A program made the position numbers and the translations under genes. Source: Candidatus Micrarchaeota archaeon (GTDB lineage: Archaea > Micrarchaeota > Micrarchaeia > Norongarragalinales > SBBD01). Taken from it: a stretch of DNA of 26,824 bases. The notes under the pieces are model-generated. The model saw nothing but the letters and a program-made list of their open reading frames with translations. It ran no database searches and was not told the DNA's origin. Location: the NCBI GenBank assembly GCA_038046605.1, contig JBBSVW010000002.1, positions 1-26,824 on the forward strand, in the 5' to 3' direction. This document shows positions 22,908 through 26,824 of the stretch, one piece after another (positions within the stretch are counted from its first letter, which is position 1; every line of letters starts with the position of its first letter).

Positions 22908-23858
22908 CTATCTTGCGGTGAGGAATAAAATTATTTCCATAATATTTCCAAAAAACAGAGCTAAAAGAAGCGCGATGAAAATATAGGGCCCAAAACGCGG
23001 GAGGATCTTATTCACCGGGAAAAGTTTCATCCCTTCCTTCCTTTGGATCTCCTTTAGTATTTTGACCTGCACGGCGGTAAGCACTTTTTCAAGCTTGTAT
23101 TTTTTCACTAAATCCTTTGGCATCCTCTCCAGTGCCAAGATGTCCTCATCTTCTATTCGGGAAATTGGGATCCGCTGGATCACCACTTGGTCCAGGATTT
23201 GCTCCCTGAATGTGAGGAAGAAGGCGCTTGCAACGAAAAGGAGGAAGAAAAGAGCTGAGAGCACGTTTAGCCCAAACATCGAATAGAGGAAAAAGCCGCC
23301 AAAAATTAGGAGCAGAAGGGAGGTAGCGCCATAAAGCATGTTGGGCCTTAATGGTTTTTTTGATGAAAAGAGCGCTAGCATGTATTGGAAGGAGCTTCCT
23401 AATGTTGCAATGAATGAGCTGATTAGGAAAATTGTGATGAAGAAAATCCCGTTTTCAAAAACCTTCATGTAGTGGAGGAGGAATGGGCTCACATCCGGGA
23501 TGCCGGTCAGATCGGGGAACTGGAAGTTGATGGGATTTAGGAAATGCAATGAAGCGGGGGTTAGGGGAAGAATTTGCTGGATTGCAACAAACAAGAGCAC
23601 ATCGCCCATTCCCAATTGGCCCTTGCGGTAGAATAAGTAACCAAAGAGCAGGATCGCAATTGAAACGATCAGCGCATATACAATGAGGAGATCATTAGTG
23701 ATGATGAAATGCAGAAGGTTCAAAAAAAGACCGGCTGCAAGCATCAGGTAGATGATTTTCTCATCGATGAATGAGGTTTTGTAATCCTGGTAGGCGGCTG
23801 CCCCGGTGCCGATGAGTGCGACGATTATCCGGATCATTTCGAAATTCAAAACTTCCAT
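22908..23858 (-). CDS. A24-family prepilin/prearchaellin peptidase (FlaK/PibD/EppA-like)
   Basis: Two catalytic Asp motifs AYQDYKTSFI and GMGDVLLF (GxGD), multiple TMs, and C-terminal PRFGPYIFIALLL. Confidence 0.85.
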   Translation of the reverse strand: MEVLNFEMIRIIVALIGTGAAAYQDYKTSFIDEKIIYLMLAAGLFLNLLHFIITNDLLIVYALIVSIAILLFGYLFYRKGQLGMGDVLLFVAIQQILPLTPASLHFLNPINFQFPDLTGIPDVSPFLLHYMKVFENGIFFITIFLISSFIATLGSSFQYMLALFSSKKPLRPNMLYGATSLLLLIFGGFFLYSMFGLNVLSALFFLLFVASAFFLTFREQILDQVVIQRIPISRIEDEDILALERMPKDLVKKYKLEKVLTAVQVKILKEIQRKEGMKLFPVNKILPRFGPYIFIALLLALFFGNIMEIILFLTAR

Positions 23859-23862
23859 AAGA

Positions 23863-24939
23863 TCAGCTTAGGTTTATTGTATTGTTGCCTTTTTTTAGGT
23901 ATACTCCCCATTTATCCGCGATTTTGCCAATCACTTTCGACTTGATGTTGTGCTTTTGGCAGATGGAAATGATTTCCTGCGCGTTTTCCTGCCCCGCCAC
24001 TATGCAAAAGCCAACGCCCATGTTGAATGTGCGGTACATTTCCTTGTCGGATATTTTGCCCTCGTTTTGGATTTTGGCAAAGATCGCTAGGGGTTTTGGC
24101 ATATTCTCCAAGATGAAGCCTTTTTTCGCGTATGCTCCGATGCGCTGCAATTTGGAAAAGCCCCCGCCGGTGATGTGCGCAAGGCCGTGCACGGGAACGC
24201 GCCTTATCACATCCATTACGGCATTTGAGTAGATTTTGGTTGGGATGAGCATTTCTTCAAGAGTTTCCCGAAGTTGCGACTTGCCTTTTGGAACGGGCTT
24301 TAGTTCATTTGGGTTATTTGCGCCCCGTTGTTGCCCCCCGTTTTTCCCTTTTATCAAAACTTTTCTCGCAAGGGTATAACCATTTGAATGGATGCCCGAG
24401 CTCTCAAGGCCGAGTATCACATCATTGGTTTGCATCCCCTTTCCGGTTATCATTTCGCCCTCGATTTCACCGATGCAGGTAACGGAGAGGTCAAACCCCC
24501 TGCCAGCAATTCCCTTGATCAGGTCAGGAACTACTGCGGTTTCGCCACCGACAACTGCGCATCCGGATTCCTTTGCTCCGGCAGCTACGCCCTTCATTAT
24601 CTCGTAAATCTGGTGGCCGTTTGTCTTTTCAACGGCTAAATAATCAACGGCTGCAACCGGGCGGGCGCCAAGGCAAATGAGATCGTTAACATTCATGGCA
24701 ATGGCATCAATGCCCACTGTATCGTATTTGCCGAGCTGTTGGGCAACTAGCACCTTGCTTCCCACTCCATCAGTATGCAAAGCAAGGGTTTTGCCCCCAA
24801 ATTTGAGCAAACCCGCGTAGTGGCCAGCTCCGAGCAAAACATCAGGGGTAAGCGTTGAATCAAGAAGGCCAGCTATTCCCTTCTGGATGCCTTTTACCTT
24901 GTTGACGTTGACACCGGCTTTGGAATAGGAGTAGCTCAT
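23863..24939 (-). CDS. purM: Phosphoribosylformylglycinamidine cyclo-ligase (AIR synthetase)
   Basis: YSKAGVN, TDGVGSK, AMNVNDL, GGETA, SSGIHSNGYTL, HITGGG and TFNMGVG motifs. Start ATG 24939. Confidence 0.97.
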   Translation of the reverse strand: MSYSYSKAGVNVNKVKGIQKGIAGLLDSTLTPDVLLGAGHYAGLLKFGGKTLALHTDGVGSKVLVAQQLGKYDTVGIDAIAMNVNDLICLGARPVAAVDYLAVEKTNGHQIYEIMKGVAAGAKESGCAVVGGETAVVPDLIKGIAGRGFDLSVTCIGEIEGEMITGKGMQTNDVILGLESSGIHSNGYTLARKVLIKGKNGGQQRGANNPNELKPVPKGKSQLRETLEEMLIPTKIYSNAVMDVIRRVPVHGLAHITGGGFSKLQRIGAYAKKGFILENMPKPLAIFAKIQNEGKISDKEMYRTFNMGVGFCIVAGQENAQEIISICQKHNIKSKVIGKIADKWGVYLKKGNNTINLS

Positions 24940-25161
24940 ATTTCCCACAAACCAGCATTAAGAAGCGGGGGTTTTTAAGGGATTTTGTTGGCGATTTGGC
25001 ATTTCAGCGCAGGCAGCCCGAATAGGGAATACCTTTAAGATAGGGGCTTGCGGAAGCGTGGAAGGAGAAGAAGCGAAATCGAGCAGGAAAGTACTCCCGA
25101 AAAGCCTCGACTCTTGGTTTTATTAATTTGGCAGAGAAATAGCTACTGCTGGCGTTTGATT

Positions 25162-25800
25162 ATGAAACTCTACGCGTTTTTACTTATCTTTTCATTAATT
25201 TTATTTGGATGCGTCCAAAACCAAAAATATGTCTGTTCGGATAGCTCCATTGTTGATAATCCTTCAGCATGCCCTTCTGCTCAACCTTCAATCAAATTAG
25301 TTGAAATTTATAGATATGTTTGCCCGGATGGCACAATTGTTGCATCAGCCAATTTATGCCCAACCAAAAAGGAAATGCAAATCAGTAATCCATTGCCTAC
25401 AGTGACTCCTGAACCAACACCTAATACTGGCAAATATCTTCAAAAAACAGTATTATACGAAGTGCCCAGTATAACTGACGGCCAGGCCTTTTCACTTGAT
25501 GATATATTTTCTACAGCGACCTGTGTTATTGCTCCAATGTTTGCTGGTGGAAAAAAACCAATAATTACCGCCATGTGCCATGAAATAGATGAAAATGCTT
25601 TAGCCTCGGGAGAAAATTATGTTGATGCGAAAAGGAATGAGACTCTAGATCAGATTTCTGAACTGGCTGTTGGGGAAGAAATAAGCCTAGTTAAAGTAAG
25701 ATTTTCTAATGCGAGAATATCGATAAAGTTAAATTCAGTCACCACTTCTAGTGCAGGTCGGCCTATTGCTAACCTTACCGTTTACGCGATACCGCAATAA
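25162..25800 (+). CDS. Lipoprotein-like secreted protein with two YVC.D..IV.....CP repeats
   Basis: MKLYAFLLIFSLILFG-C lipobox-like signal; YVCSDSSIVDNPSACP and YVCPDGTIVASANLCP; Pro/Thr linker. Start set at ATG 25162. Confidence 0.75.
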   Translation: MKLYAFLLIFSLILFGCVQNQKYVCSDSSIVDNPSACPSAQPSIKLVEIYRYVCPDGTIVASANLCPTKKEMQISNPLPTVTPEPTPNTGKYLQKTVLYEVPSITDGQAFSLDDIFSTATCVIAPMFAGGKKPIITAMCHEIDENALASGENYVDAKRNETLDQISELAVGEEISLVKVRFSNARISIKLNSVTTSSAGRPIANLTVYAIPQ

Positions 25801-25807
25801 TTTTCAA

Positions 25808-26710
25808 TTAATTACCGTCTATGCTTATTTCTGGAAAATTCAATGCCGACATTGTCAGCAATAATCCGGCTGAGACCTCCTCATCGCCATAATTTAGTAC
25901 TTTACCGTGCAATATGGGGTTTCTCTCAGTTGCAAAACGCGAAATTAGAGATGCAAGTTGAGCAATATATTGAGTTTTATAAGGTAGTTTAGATTTTCGA
26001 AATATTTTCACCAATTTTTCAGCAATAGTATGTGTTGATGGGTAATCTTTTTTCCTGCATGCTTCACAGCAATCGCATTTGCTCTCTTTGAATAATAATC
26101 CAAATCGTTCGATCATAATCCCGTCAATTACCATAAATGAAACAGGAATTGATAAATAATATTTTCCCTTCAAATGCGCCCAGATTATTTCTTCTAATAT
26201 ATGGCTTCTTTTGCCGAAAGACGGATCATCAACTAATTCATTTTTGATAATTTGTAGAATTTCCGGTTTTCGCATTTCACTTAATAATACCTCTTTCATT
26301 TGCTTTCTTAATAATGGGTGTTTCCAGTTTTCGGCAATTTTTCTTATATCTGCTGACGAAATATTTGGACGATATATTAATGGCAATTTCTCAAAATCCT
26401 TATCGGACCATAATTCTGCTTCCACCATGCTTAGTGAAATAAATTCATCAAAAAATGTCTGGAAATTTAGTAGCGAGCTAATTTTATTGAACTGCTCCAT
26501 TGCAGAATGTAAGCGCTTTATCTCCTCTGTTGGCAACTCCATTGCAGTTTGCATTTGCTTTATTGCTTCAGTAGGTAAAGCCATTGTAGAAATCATTCGT
26601 CTCATTTCTTCAGTTGGCAAGATGATTTGATTCAATACATTAACCGCTGCTGGCAATTTCCATAATTCTTTTAGTTGTTTATTCAAGGAAATAACGTCAA
26701 TTCCGGGCAT
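25808..26710 (-). CDS. Hypothetical protein with C-terminal HEPN-like domain (RxxxxH) and N-terminal 14-aa repeats
   Basis: All-helical. ILEEIIWAHLKGKYYLSIP.....IDGI near the domain start and RNPILHG near its end; LPTE repeated at aa 31, 45 and 59. Shine-Dalgarno AGGTGAT upstream and TTTAAATA at 26750-26743. Confidence 0.6.
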   Translation of the reverse strand: MPGIDVISLNKQLKELWKLPAAVNVLNQIILPTEEMRRMISTMALPTEAIKQMQTAMELPTEEIKRLHSAMEQFNKISSLLNFQTFFDEFISLSMVEAELWSDKDFEKLPLIYRPNISSADIRKIAENWKHPLLRKQMKEVLLSEMRKPEILQIIKNELVDDPSFGKRSHILEEIIWAHLKGKYYLSIPVSFMVIDGIMIERFGLLFKESKCDCCEACRKKDYPSTHTIAEKLVKIFRKSKLPYKTQYIAQLASLISRFATERNPILHGKVLNYGDEEVSAGLLLTMSALNFPEISIDGN

Positions 26711-26824
26711 ACTATCACCTATATTCGCCTCGACATCAAGAGTATTTAAACTTTTTGATCCGCAAAATTAAAGTGCGGTTCACGATAATTGGGTTACACT
26801 TTTTCACAATACAAATGCATAGTA

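Noticed and set aside
25048-25161. 38-aa N-terminal extension of the lipoprotein, or a small RNA in this purine-rich stretch
   Set aside because: The signal peptide starts cleanly at ATG 25162. Only a 5-bp TCGAG/CTCGA stem is visible, with no tRNA, SRP, RNase P or C/D-box motifs.
25104-26734. GCCTCGAC 8-bp direct repeat (25104-25111 and 26727-26734) as att sites or target-site duplication
   Set aside because: Short enough to be chance. The second copy lies between the HEPN-like gene and its TATA box, AT-rich sequence continues beyond it, and no integrase or transposase is present.

Overview
Archaeal chromosomal window. Evidence: A-type ATP synthase subunits, RFC small subunit, Pop5, L35Ae, L41e, TATA boxes and GGTGA/GAGG Shine-Dalgarno sites. 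The gene style and the Cys-rich lipoproteins suggest a DPANN (Micrarchaeota-like) lineage, which is an inference. Housekeeping genes are rnp2 (3' part), rfcS, rpl41e (too short for the ORF track), ahcY, atpH-I-K-E-C-F (atpA/B/D absent), a DHH nuclease, rpl35ae, an A24 prepilin peptidase and purM. Accessory content: (1) an 8.3-kb cluster of three large secreted, domain-shuffled, Cys-containing proteins plus a Cys-rich lipoprotein. These share modules I cannot name and recurring PPxP motifs, and one carries an embedded DsbA domain; this is the best candidate for an undescribed surface-assembly system. (2) A secreted SLT-type lytic transglycosylase in an organism without peptidoglycan. (3) A DUF4258 plus Zn-ribbon/AbrB toxin-antitoxin-like pair with operator palindromes. 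(4) A membrane-anchored winged-HTH protein. (5) An AT-rich end region with a lipoprotein and a HEPN-like protein. Several intergenic spacers carry hairpins or repeats, including a potentially bistable 94-bp element before atpC and an exact 18-bp repeat. All family calls come from motif recognition by eye; no database searches were run.
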